This document shows positions 23,810 to 36,105 of a DNA stretch of 64,000 bases, piece after piece. Below the pieces are notes generated by a model. The model was not told where the DNA came from, ran no database searches, and was given only the letters and a program-made list of their open reading frames with translations. How positions within the stretch are numbered: the first letter of the stretch is position 1; every line of letters starts with the position of its first letter. The stretch is from Heptranchias perlo. Taxonomy: Eukaryota. A program made the position numbers and the translations under genes. The stretch spans positions 31,620,001 to 31,684,000 of the forward strand of contig NC_090352.1 of the NCBI RefSeq assembly GCF_035084215.1. Direction: 5' to 3'.

Positions 23810-24182
23810 AAAAAAGAACTTCCATTTATAAAGCACCTCATCATTACCTCGAGACATCCCAAAGTGCTCTGCAACTACTGCATTACTTTTGAGTCCAACC
23901 AATGTTTTCTCGGCAAATGTGGCAGCCAATTTGGGCAAAAGAATGTCCCACAAACAGCAAACGAATGAATGTGCAAAAAATGTGTTTTTAATGGCATTGG
24001 TTGAGGGAGGTAGTTGGCAGGACACCTGGAGAACTCCCTTTCTCTTCTTCAAATAGTGGCATGAGATTTTTTACATGCACCTGAACGTGTAGACGGGGCC
24101 TCCATTTAACTCTTGACAATGGTAGCACCCCCTAAGTACTACACTAAAGTATCACCTTAGATTAGATGCTCAAGATAACTGG
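23810..24182 (-). mobile_element. DeuSINE/SacSINE1-like SINE, degenerate
   Basis: CATCCCAAAGTGCT, GCAGCCAATTTG and CAAACAGCAA match the reverse complement of the 37340 copy. Confidence 0.7.
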
Positions 24183-25239
24183 AAGAATCCTCTTTACTCA
24201 AAAAAATAATAAGTGTTTCAAAGTAATAGAGGCAAATCATTTGGGGTAATTCAACATAAAATTAGATGCCAAGATTGGAGGTAATGCACTAGAAGGCTGA
24301 ACTGTGATGGGCCAAATGGCCTTCACTCATCACTTTTTTTATGAGCAACCTCAAACTGCCTTTGTGAACCTCTTGGTGGTTGGTTAAAGAACAACTTTGG
24401 CAGATGCCTTGTAGCAGTTGGGCTACAGTGTTATGTGTGGAATGAGTGGACTTTGGGAAAGAAAGAAAAATGTGCAAATAACTTTTTGATTATTTTATTT
24501 TTAGTGTAGAGCTGCAGAATTGCAACCCAAATTTAATTCAGATCAGGATCCTCATTAATGCATTGCTTATGCAGTCCAGTTGGATGAACAACAGGTTGTT
24601 AGAACAGTCTACATTATAGCCAAATCCTCAAACCATGACTATAAATCGATACAGTGTGCTGAAGAAACCATTCCTGTCAGATTATCCTTCCCATATGGTT
24701 TCGGTGAGTGATTGCTCAGTGACGTGCTTAGATAATAATCTGGATCATTTGACAAAGTCCAGTGAGAGAGCGAAATCCAGAACTCACAGCAAATCATCAG
24801 ACACACAGAGCGACAGACGTTACCGTGTTTTTACAGTGCTCACCTGACCACATAACTCGTGGACAGTAGAGTCACAATCACAAGTGGGTTATGATGCTGG
24901 AGTTACCATTTGTAAAAAAAAAATATTGATGTACTCGTCCAGCATCTGTTGAACTGCTTTATCGTGACAATGCTGACAAGCAGAAGAGATTAGATTATTC
25001 TTAAGAACAACTTTCACTTTCATTAAATTGTCTAATATACAAATTGAACCATACGGAGTAGAAAGGTCACAGGCTCGATTCCTGATTTGTGATGTACGAG
25101 CTGATCTCAGCCAGGGCAGTGGAGTGAGCACTGCAGTTGGCTTAAGCATCCCTAAATTAGGGAAGGAGGAAGAAAAATCAGGCAGGCTTTCCATTTTTGA
25201 GTGTGATCTCTATGGATGTAGGCAGCATTGAAATGTGAG

Positions 25240-25821
25240 CATCGTATAGTGCAGGCAATGAATGTGAGAGTAGTACAGTGCGTCAATGGAATGCAAGTGG
25301 AGCGTAGTGCATCAATAGAAAGGGAGAGTAGCACAGTGCATCAATAGAAAGGGAGAGTAGCACAGTGCATCAATGGAATGTGAGAGTAGCACAGTGCATC
25401 AATGGAATGTGAGAGTAGCACAGTGCGTCAATGGAACGGGAGAGTAGCACAGTGCGTCAATGGAACGGGAGAGTAGCACAGTGCGTCAATGGAACGGGAG
25501 AGTAGCACAGTGCGTCAATGGAATGGGAGAGTAGCACAGTGCGTCAATGGGATGTGAGAGTAGCACAGTGCGTCAATGGAATGTGAGAGTAGCACAGTGC
25601 GTCAATGGAATGTGAGAGTAGCACAGTGCGTCAATGGAATGTGAGAGTAGCACAGTGCGTCAATGGAATGTGAGAGTAGCACAGTGCGTCAATGGAATGT
25701 GAGAGTAGCACAGTGCGTCAATGGAATGGGAGAGTAGCACAGTGCGTCAATGGAATGGGAGAGTAGCACAGTGCGTCAATGGAATGTGAGGGTAGTACAG
25801 TGCGTCAATGGAATGTGAAAG
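25240..25821. repeat. 29-bp minisatellite, left block (~20 units)
   Basis: Tandem units of GAGAGTAGCACAGTGCGTCAATGGAATGT. Confidence 0.97.
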
Positions 25822-28800
25822 TCATGAGTTCAAAACCTGCCACGGCAGCTGGGGAATTTAAATTCAATTAATTAAATAAAATCTGGAATTATAATACTAG
25901 TATCAGTAATGGTAGCCATGAAACTACCGGATTGTCGTAAAAACCCATCTGGTTCACGAATGTCCTTTAGGGAAGGAAACCTGCCTTCCTTACCTGGTCT
26001 GGCTTATATGTGACTCCAGACCCACAGCAATGTGGTTGATTCTTAATTGCCCTCTGAAATAGCCTAGCAAGCCACTCAGTTGTATAACCTCGCTAAAAAT
26101 AAGTCGTCATAAGAGTAAAACCGGATGGACGACCCGGCATCGGACCACGAGGCACCGGACACGACAAAGGCAAACCAAGCCCAGTCGACCCTGCAAAGTC
26201 CTCCTCACTAACATCTGGGGACTTGTGCCAAAATTGGGAGAGCTGTCCCACAGACTAGTCAAGCAACAGCCTGACATAGCCATACTCACAGAATCATACC
26301 TTTCAGCCAACGTCCCAGACTCTTCCATCACCATCCCTGGGTATGTCCTGTCCCACCGGCAGGACAGACCCACCAGAGGTGGCGGTACAGTGATATACAG
26401 TCAGGAGGGAGTGGCCCTGGGAGTCCTCAACATTGACTCTGGTCCCCATGAAATCTCATGGCATCAGGTCAAACATGGGCAAGGAAACCTCCTGCTGATT
26501 ACCACCTACCGTCCTCCCTCAGCTGATGAATCAGTCCTCCTCCATGTTGAACACTACTTGGAGGAAGCACTGAGGGTAGCAATGGCACAGAATGTACTCT
26601 GGGTGGGGGACTTCAATGTCCATCACCAAGAGTGGCTCGGTAGCACCACTACTGATCGAGCTGGCCGAGTCCTGAAGGACATAGCTGCCAGACTGGGCCT
26701 GCAGCAGGTGGTAAGCAAACCAACATGAGGGAAAAACTTACTTGACCTCATCCTCACCAATCTACCTGTCGCAAATGCATCTGTCCATGACAGTATTGGT
26801 AGGAGTGACCACCGCACAGTCCTCGTGAAGACGAAATCCCGTCTTCGCACTGAGGACACCATGTTGTGTGGCACTATCACCGTGCTAAATGTGACAGATT
26901 CAGAATGGACCGAGCAGCACAAAACTGGGCATCCATGAGGCGCTGTGGGTCATCAGCAGCAGCAGAATTGTATTCCAGCACAATCTGTAACCTCATGGCC
27001 CGGCATATTCCTCACTCTACCATTACCAGCAAGCCAGGGGATTAACCCTGGTTCAATGAGGAGTGTAGAAGAGCATGCCAGGAGCAGCACCAGGCGTACC
27101 TAAAAATGAGGTGCCAACCTGGTGAAGCTACAACTCAGGACTACATGCATGCTAAACAGCGGAAGCAACATGCTATAGACAGAGCTAAGCGATTTCACAA
27201 CCAACGGATCAGATAAAAGCTCTGCAGTCCTGCCACATCCAGTCGTGAATGGTGGTGGACAATTAAACAACTAACAGGAGGAGCAGGCTCTGTAAACATC
27301 CCCATTCTCAATGATGGCAGAGTCCAGCACGTGAGTGCAAAAGACAAGGCTGAAGCGTTTGCAACCATCTTCAGCCAAAAGTGCCGAGTGGATGATCCAT
27401 CTCGGCCCCCTCCCAATATCCTCACCATCATAGAAACCAGTCTTCAGCCAATTCGATTCACTCCACATGTTACTAAGGAGCTTTTTCCCTTCGTTGAGGG
27501 TTCTATAACAAGGGGACATAGATTCAAGGTAAAAGGCGGGAGGTTTAGAGGGGATTTGAGAAAGAACTTTTTCACCCAGAGGGTGGTTGGAGTCTGGAAC
27601 TCACTGCCTGAAAGGGTTGTGGAGGCAGGAACCCTCACAACATTCAAGAAGCATTTGGATGAGCACTTGAAATGCCATAGCATACAAGGCTACGGACCAA
27701 ATGCTGGAATATGGGATTAGAGTAGACAGGGCTTGATGGCCGGTGCGGACACGATGGGCCGAAGGGCCTCTATCCGTGCTGTATGACTCTATGACTCTAT
27801 GACTCTATATCAAGAAACGGCTGAGTGCACTGGATACAGCAAAGGCTTTGGGCCCCGACAACAGCCCGGCTGTAGTGCTGAAGACTTGTGCTCCAGAACT
27901 AGCTGCGCCTCTAGCCAAGCTGTTCCAGTACAGCTACAACACTGGCATCTACCCGACAATGTGGAAAATTGCCCAAGTGTGTCCTGTCCACAAAAAGCAG
28001 GACAAATCCAACCCAGCCAATTACCGCCCCATCAGCCTACTCTCAATCATCAGCAAAGTGATGGAAGGTGTCGTCGACAGTGCTATCAAGCGGCACTTAC
28101 TCACCAATAACCTGCTCACCGATGCTCAGTTTGGGTTCCACCAGGACCACTCGGCTCCAGACCTCATTACAGCCTTGGTCCAAACATGGACAAAAGAGCT
28201 GAATTCCAGAGGTGAGGTGAGAGTGACTGCCCTTGACATCAAGGCAGCATTTGACCGAGTGTGGCACCAAGGAGCCCTAGTAAAATTGAAGTCAATGGGA
28301 ATCAGGGGGAAAACTCTCCAGTGGCTGGAGTCATACCGAGCACAAAGGAAGATGATAGTGGTTGTTGGAGGCCAATCATCTCAGCCCCAGGACATCACTG
28401 CAGGAGTTCCTCAGGGCAGTGTCCTAGGCCCAACCATCTTCAGCTGCTTCATCAATGACCTTCCCTCCGTCAAAATGTCAATAATGGGGATGTTCGCTGA
28501 TGATTGCACAGTGTTCAGTTGCATTCGCAACCCCTCAGATAATGAAGCAGTCCATGCCCGCATGCAGCACAACCTGGACAACATCCAGGCTTGGGCTGAT
28601 AAGTGGCAAGTAACATTCATGCCAGAGAAGTGCCAGGCAATGACCATCTCCAACAAGAGAGAGTCTAACCACCTCCCCTTGACATTCAAGGGCAAAACCA
28701 TCGCCGAATCCCCCACCATCAACATTCTGGGGGTCACCATTGACCAGAAACTTAACTGGACTAGCCATATAAATACTGTGGCTACAAGAGCAGGTCAGAG

Positions 28801-29399
28801 TCTGGGTATTCTGTGGCGAGTGACTCACCTCCTGACTCCCCAAAGCCTTTCCACCATCTACAAGGCACAAGTCAGGACTGTGATGGAACACTCTCCACTT
28901 GCCTGGATGAGTGCAGCTCCAACAACAATCAAGAAGCTCGACACCATCCAGGACAAAGCAGCCCGCTTGATTGGCACCCAATCCGCCACCCTAAACATTC
29001 ACTCCCTTCACCACCGGTGCACTGTGGCTGCAGAGTGTACCATCCACAGGATGCACTGCAGCAATTCGCTAAGGCTTGTTTAACAGCACCTCCCAAACCC
29101 GCAACCTCTACCACCTAGAAGGACGAGGGCAGTGGGCACATGGGAACAACACCACCTGCACATTCCCCTCCAAGTCACACACCATCCTGACTATGAATTA
29201 TATCGTCGTTCCTTCATCGTCGCTGTGTCAAAATCCTGGAACTCCCTTCCTAACAGCACTGTTGGAGAACCTTCACCACATGGACTGCAGCGGTTCAAGA
29301 AGGCGGCTCACCACCACCTTCTCAAGTGCATTTAGAGATGGGCAATAAATGCTGGCCTCGCCAGCGACGCCCACAACCCATGAGCAAATATAAAAAAAA
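25822..29399 (+). mobile_element. Near-full-length non-LTR retrotransposon (APE endonuclease + RT, CR1/L2-group), disrupted, inserted into the minisatellite
   Basis: APE motifs LLTNIWGL, DIAILTES, DRPTRGGG and VGDFNVHH. RT motifs NYRPISLL, DIKAAFDRVWH, GVPQGSVLGP and FADDC. The 3' UTR has AATAAA and an A-rich end. Internal stops and frameshifts are present. Confidence 0.93.
27470..27806 (+). mobile_element. Young CR1 3' fragment nested inside the LINE
   Basis: ELFPFVEGSITRGHRFK...WNSLPERVV, then the CR1 tail and (ATGACTCT)n. The host LINE resumes at ATATCAAGAAACGG. Confidence 0.9.
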
Positions 29400-31935
29400 G
29401 AGTGGCACAGTGTGTCAATGGAATGTGAGAATAGCACAGTGTGTCAATGGAATGTGAGAGTAGCACAGTGTGTCAGTGGAATGTGAGAGTAGCACAGTGT
29501 GACAATGGAATGTAAGAGTAGCACAGTGTGTCAGTGGAATGTGAGAGTAGCACAGTGTGTCAGTGGAATGTGAGAGTAGCATAGTGTGTCAGTGGAATGT
29601 GAGAGTAGCACAGTGTGTCAGTGGAATGTGAGAGTAGCATAGTGTGTCAGTGGAATGTGAGATTAGCACAGTATGTCAGTGGAATGTGAGATTAGCACAG
29701 TGTGATAATGGATTGTGAGAGTAGCACAGTATGTCAGTGGAATGTGAGAGTAGCACAGTGTGTCAGTGGAATGTGAGAGTAGCACAGTGTGTCAGTGGAA
29801 TGTGAGAGTAGCATAGTGTGTCAGTGGAATGTGAGATTAGCACAGTATGTCAGTGGAATGTGAGAGTAGCACAGTGTGATAATGGATTGTGAGAGTAGCA
29901 CAGTGTGTCAGTGGAATGTGAGAGTAGCGCAGTGTGTCAGTGGAATATGAGAGTAGCGCAGTGTGTCAGTGGAATGTGAGAGTAGCGCAGTGCGTCAGTG
30001 GAATGTGAGAGTAGCACAGTGCGTCAATGGAATGTGAGAGTAGCGCAGTGTGTCAGTGGAATATGAGAGTAGCGCAGTGTGTCAGTGGAATATGAGAGTA
30101 GCGCAGTGCGTCAGTGGAATGTGAGAGTAGCGCAGTGCGTCAGTGGAATGTGAGAGTAGCGCAGTGCGTCAGTGGAATGTGAGAGTAGCACAGTGCGTCA
30201 ATGGAATATGAGAGTAGCGCAGTGCGTCAGTGGAATGTGAGAGTAGCGCAGTGCGTCAGTGGAATGTGAGAGTAGCACAGTGCGTCAATGGAATGTGAGA
30301 GTAGCACAGTGCGTCAATGGAATGTGAGAGTAGCACAGTGTGTCAGTGGAATGTGAGAGTAGCACAGTGTGTCAGTGGAATGTGAGAATAGCACAGTGTG
30401 TCAATGGAATGTGAGAGTAGCACAGTGTGTCAATGGAATGTGAGTGTAGCACAGTGTGTCAATGCATTGTGAACGTAGCACAGTGTGTCAAAGGAATGTG
30501 AGAGTAGCACAGTGCGTCAGTGGAATGTGAAAGTAGCACAGTGTGTCACTGGAATGTGAGAGTAGCACAGTGTGTCAATGGAGTGAGAGTAGCACAATGT
30601 GTCAATGAAGAGTGAGAATAGCACAGTCTGTCAGTGGAATGTGAGAGTAGCACAGTGTGGCAATGGATTGTGAGAATAGCACAGTGTGGCAATGGATTGT
30701 GAGAATAGCACAGAGCGTCAGTGCAATGTGAGAGTAGCACAGTGTGTCAATGCATTGTGAACGTAGCACAGTGTGTCAAAGGAATGTGAAAGTAGCACAG
30801 TGCGTCAGTGGAATGTGAAAGTAGCACAGTGTGTCAGTGGAATGTGAAAGTAGCACAGTGTGTCAGTGGATTGTGAGAGTAGCACAGTGTGTCAATGGAG
30901 TGAGAGTAGCACAATGTGTCAATGAAGAGTGAGAATAGCACAGTCTGTCAGTGGAATGTGAGAGTAGCACAGTGTCTCAATGGAATGTGAGAGTAGCACA
31001 GAGCGTCAGTGCAATGTGAGAGGAGCACAGTGTGTCAGTGGAATGTGAGAATAGCACAGTGCGTCAGTGCAATGTGAGAGGAGCACAGTGTGTCAGTGGA
31101 TTGTGAGAGTAGCACAGTGTGTCAATGGAGTGTGAGAGTAGCACAGTGTGTCAGTGGAATTTGGGAGTAGCACAATGTGTCACTGGAATGTGAGAGTAGC
31201 ACAGTGTGTCACTGGAATGTGAGAGTAGCACAGTGTGTTAACATAATGTGAGAGTAGCACAGTGTGTCACTGGAATGTGAGAGTAGCACAGTGTGTCAAT
31301 GCATTGTGAGAGTAGCGCAGTGTGTCAGTGGAATGTGAGAGTAGCACAGTGTGTCAATGGAATGTGAGAGTAGCACAGTGCGTCAATGGAATGTGAGAGT
31401 AGCACAGTGTGTCACTGGAATGTGAGAGTAGCACAGTGTGTTAACATAATGTGAGAGTAGCGCAGTGTGTCAGTGGAATGTGAGAATAGCACAGTGTGTC
31501 AATGGAATGTGAGAGTAGCGCAGTGTGTCAGTGGAATGTGAGAGTAGCGCAGTGTGTCAGTGGAATGTGAGAGTAGCGCAGTGTGTCAGTGGAATGTGAG
31601 AGTAGCACAGTGCATCAGCGGAATGTGAGAGTAGCACAGTGCGTCAGTGGAATGTGAGATTAGCACAGTGTATCATGAATTTGAGAGTAGCACAGTGTTT
31701 CAATGAATGTGAGAGTAGCACAGTGTGTCAGTGGAATGTGAGAGTAGCACAGTGCATCAGCAGAATGTGAGAGTAGCACAGTGCGTCAGTGGAATATGAG
31801 AGTAGCACAGTGTATCATGAATGTGAGAGTAGCACAGTGTGTCAATGAATGTGAAAGTAGCACAGAGTGTCAGTGGAATCTGAGAGTAGCACAGTCTGTC
31901 AATGGAATTTGAGAGTAGCACAGTGTGTCAGTGCA
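29400..31935. repeat. 29-bp minisatellite, right block (~87 units)
   Basis: Tandem units of GAGAGTAGCACAGTGTGTCAGTGGAATGT with variant units. Confidence 0.97.
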
Positions 31936-31994
31936 AAATGAGCTTCGCACAGTTCAGCAACAGGATGTCAGTATGGCACAGTGCAGTAATGTGG

Positions 31995-33602
31995 TATGTC
32001 AAAACAGGCCACTTCTCTTATCATCCAGAAAGGCAGGGTAACCACAGGCTTATTTTCTTCACTATGGACCACTGCCTTAAACCCTATGTCCTGCCCACTC
32101 TACCCTCGCCTCTAACAACAAATGCGAGGAGTTCATGGATTTCTTTGTCAACAAGATAGAGACCATCCTTTCAGCTCCCTCTGCCCCTAATCAGGATCCC
32201 CCGTCTCTCTCTAGTTGCTCTCCCATCTCTCCCCATGTCCTCTCCGCGTTCAACTCATCCACGAGATCTACCTTCTGCTCCCTCAACCCCGTTCCCACTA
32301 AACTGCTGACCAGCCAATTTCTCTTCCTGGCCCCAGGCCAGTTGATATTGTAAATAGTTCCCTGTCTTCAGGCACTGTTTCTCTCCCTTTAAAAACCACT
32401 ATCAACAACTCTCCCCCCTCAAAAGAAACCATCTGTGAGCCCTCTGTCCTTGCAAACTATCGCCCCATCTTGAACCTCTCTTTCACTCCAAAGTCCTCAA
32501 ATGCGTTGTTGCCTCCCAAAATGGTGTCCATCTTTTCCACAACTCTCTGTTTGAATCCCACCAAACAGGTTTCCACCCATTCCAGGACCTGAAACATCCC
32601 CAACTCAAAGTCACGAATGACATCCTCTGTGACTGCACCCATGATGCATTATCTTTTCTTGTCCGCCTCAACCCCTCTGCAGCCTTTGTCATAGTTGACT
32701 ACACAATCGTCCTCCAATGCCTCTCCTCCATTGTCCATCTCGACGGGACTGTCCTTGCTTGGTTCCATTATTATCTATCCAATCGTAGCCAGAATATTTT
32801 CAGCAATGGATTCTCTTCCACCCCTTCCACCCCACCCCTGTTGGGAGACCCCAAGGATCTCTCCTTGGCAACATCGTACACAGACATAGGATCAGCTTCC
32901 ACATGTGCGCTGATGAAACCCAGCTCTATACCTCCACCACCTCTATCAACACCTCCACTGCCTCTGTGCTGTCAGACTGTTTGTCCAACATTCAGTCTCG
33001 GATGGGCCGCAATTTCCTCCGGCTAAACTTTGAGAAAACTGAAATCATTGACTTCGGCCCCTGCCACCAACTCCAACCTCTTCCCCAGCCACTGTCTCAG
33101 GTTGAACCAAACTGTTCACAACTTGCTGCTCTATTCAACCCTGAGCTCAGCTTCTGACCCCATTTCACCTCCATAACATTATCCGCCTCCAACCCTACCT
33201 CAGCCCATCTACAACCCTCACCGATGCATTTGTCACTCCTGATCTGGCTATTCTAAAGCTGTCCTGACCGACCCCCGCAAACTTCACCTCATCCAAAACT
33301 CTACTGCCCCTATCCTCGGCCATTACTCCTCTTCTCGCTGATCTACATTGGCCCTCAGTCCCCCAAAGTTTAAAATTTCATCCTTGGTTTAAATCCCTCC
33401 AAGGCCCTGCCCTTCCCTATCTCTGTAAACTCTTCCACAACACAACCCCCATCCCCAAACTCTCTGTTCCTCTGACTCTGACTTCTTGTGTATCTCCCCT
33501 CCCTTTGCTCCACCGTTGGTGTTGTGTCTTTAGCTGCCTAATTCCTACATTCACTCCTGTGGGATGTTTTTCTACATTAAAGGTGCTATATAAATGCAAG
33601 TT
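31995..33602 (+). mobile_element. L2 LINE ORF2 remnant
   Basis: DFFVNKIETI, AACTATCGCCCCATCT (NYRPI) and ADETQLY motifs; L2 tail TTAAAGGTGCTATATAAATGCAAGTT. Confidence 0.85.
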
Positions 33603-33609
33603 CTTGAAA

Positions 33610-34500
33610 GTGTAATACATTGTACTAACGGAATGTGAGTGTAGGACAGTGAGGCTATGAAATGCCAGTGTACGGCAATATAGCTAGAATGAAATATTAG
33701 GCAGAGCAAGCAATAAAACTGAAGTATATGAAGGTGCAGCAATGGAATTGTATAAGATGGTACAGCAATACAATTTAAGTGTTGGTGCATCAGTGTAAAG
33801 TGAGTATAAGATAACAGAGGAAATGTAGAAGAATGCAGCAATGGAATGGAAATATTTGGTTGTACAGCAAAAGGTTAGTGTAATTGGACAGTGCAGCAAT
33901 GGAAATGGAAATGCAGGTCAGTGAAGCTATGAAATGCAAGTGTAAGAGAGTACAGCAATGGAATGGAATCTAGGGCAGAGGAACAACGGCATTGAAGTAT
34001 ACAAAGATGCAACAATGGAATGTGAGTGTAAGGCAATGCAGCAATGTGGTGGAAGTGTTAGTGTAGCTATGAAATGAAAGTGTGATATGTTGACAACAAA
34101 GTGTAATACAGTACAGCAACAGAATGGAAGTGTCGCACAGTGAGGAATGAAGTGAAAGTGTTAGGCAGTGTAGAAATTGAATGCAAGTATTCGACAGAGC
34201 AGCAGTGGGGCGTGGGTGTTGGACGGTATAGTAATGGAAAAGAAGTGTCGGGCAGCACAGTAATCGAACACAAGTGTAGGATTGTGCAATAATGGAACTG
34301 AAATGTCGGACAATGCAGCAATGGAACAAAAGTGTAGAACAGTGTAGCAATGGAATGGAAGTACAGGACAGTGCAACAGTGAAATGTAAATGTAGGAAAG
34401 TGCAGCTGTGGAATAAAAGTGTCGGACAATACAGCAAAGGAAAGGAATAGAATGGAAGTGCAGGGAAATCCAGTAATTGAATGGTGGCAGCAGAACAGTA
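33610..34500. repeat. Highly degenerate relative of the 29-bp minisatellite
   Basis: Recurring AATGGAATG(T/G)..GTGTAG.ACAGTG.AGC at roughly 29-bp spacing. Confidence 0.7.
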
Positions 34501-34734
34501 GGACATAAATTTGAGCACAGTCCTTGGCATGATTAGTTACTGACCTCAGTCGTGCCATCATCAGAAGACATTAAGTGGTGACTGAGCATTTCCCCAGAGT
34601 TAGCCAGGGAAAATCTGAGGAGACTTATCCGAGGCCTCGTAGCCCTGAGAGCCAAATACTTGATAGCGGATCACTGATGAGCCAGAGTTGGTGCCTGATG
34701 GGTTGGTGGTTAATGCATCTCCTGGTGCACTTAC

Positions 34735-35755
34735 ATATCCAGTCGTAGCCAGAGAACCACCTGAAATGGCTTCTCCATTCGCCCCCGCACAATTACCTCT
34801 GGAATCCCCCAAGGATCTATTCTTGGCCCCTTCCTATTTCTCATCTACATGCTGCCCCTCGGCGAAATCATCCAAAAACACATGTACACTGACGACACCC
34901 AGCTCTACCTCACCAGCACCTCCCTTGACCCTGTGTTTTCAGACTGCCTGTCCGACATTCAATCCTGGGTGAGCCACAATCTCCTCCAATTAAACATAGT
35001 CTTTGGCCCCCGATTCCAGTCCCTCCCTAGCCACTGCTTCAGGCTGAACCAGACCGTTCACAACCGCAGCATCCTATTTGATCCTGAGTTGAGCTTCCGA
35101 CCCCATATCCAAGGCTACCTATTTCCACCTCTGTAATATAACCAGTTTCCGCCTCTGCCTCAGCCCATCTGCTGCTGAAACCTTCATTCATGCTTCTGTT
35201 ACCTCCAGACTTGTCTATTCCAATACATATCTGGCCGGCCTCCCATCTTCCACCTTCCATAAACTTAATTTCATCCAAAACTCTGCTGCCCGTATCCTAA
35301 CTTGCACCAAGTCCCATTCACCCATCACCACCGTGCTCGCTGACCTATGCTGGCTCGCAATCCCCGAACGCCTCCATTTTAAAATTCTCATCCTCTTGTT
35401 CAAATTCCTCCATGGCCTCACGCCTCCCTATCGCTGTAACATCCTCCAGCTCTACATCCATCCTACAACCCTCCAAGAACTCAGCATTCCTCCAACTCTG
35501 GCCTTTTGTACATCCTCCACTTCCTTCACCCCACTATTGGCGGCCTTGAGCTCTGGAATTCTCTCCCTAAACATCGTTGCCTCTCCACCTCTCTACTCCT
35601 TTAAGACTCTCCTTAAAACCTACCTCTTTGACCAAGCTTTTGGTCACTCGTCACCTGTCTCTTTGGCTTGGTTTCAATTTTTGTCTGATTACGCTCATGT
35701 GAAGCACCTTGGGATGTTAAAAACGCTATATAAATGCAAGTTGTTGTTATTGTTG
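34735..35755 (+). mobile_element. L2 LINE 3' part
   Basis: GGAATCCCCCAAGGATCT (GIPQGS), YTDDTQLY and LADLCWL; tail AACGCTATATAAATGCAAGTTGTTGTT. Confidence 0.85.
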
Positions 35756-35756
35756 G

Positions 35757-36105
35757 TGTAGTACTGAACCTTGCAGACAAGGGAGATCCAGGTTTGATCC
35801 CTGATCCGTGATGGGTCAGTTGACCTCATTCAGGTTGGTGGTTAAGATGGTGCAATTGGCCTCAATGTCCCTCTGCTAGGGAAAAGACAAATCTGTACAT
35901 TCACTATTCTGTGAATCCTGTTGGAAAATGGTTTTGTGTAGATGTTGAATGAGAACAGAATCAGGCTCAGCTGTGATGCTGCTCATGGTCTGCTGACACT
36001 GACTGTCTGGACTCACACAATAAGAAAGGGCACTTAGGCAAGGTACTGGAGGATGACCTGTTCTCATGGAACTGAACCCCAGCAAGTGAGTAATTTTCAG
36101 AGCAG
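35757..36105 (+). mobile_element. Ancient tRNA-derived SINE (AmnSINE2-like). Related degenerate copies at ~3200-3395, 23340-23640, 25040-25230, 41225-41355, 45880-46095, 49460-50150, 54520-54710 and 61590-61740
   Basis: Shared blocks CCAGGTTTGATCCCTG, GAGTTAGCTGATCTCAGC, CAATTGGCCTCA and GGCTCAGCTGTGATGC. The family name is from recall and has not been verified by a search. Confidence 0.55.

Noticed and set aside
25240-31935. CRISPR-like array (29-bp repeats)
   Set aside because: Units are head-to-tail with no unique spacers, there are no cas genes, and the context is vertebrate. It is a minisatellite.
33572-34561. Long Leu/His/Cys-rich minus-strand ORFs (up to 186 aa)
   Set aside because: They are translations of a degenerate tandem repeat that is poor in stop codons.
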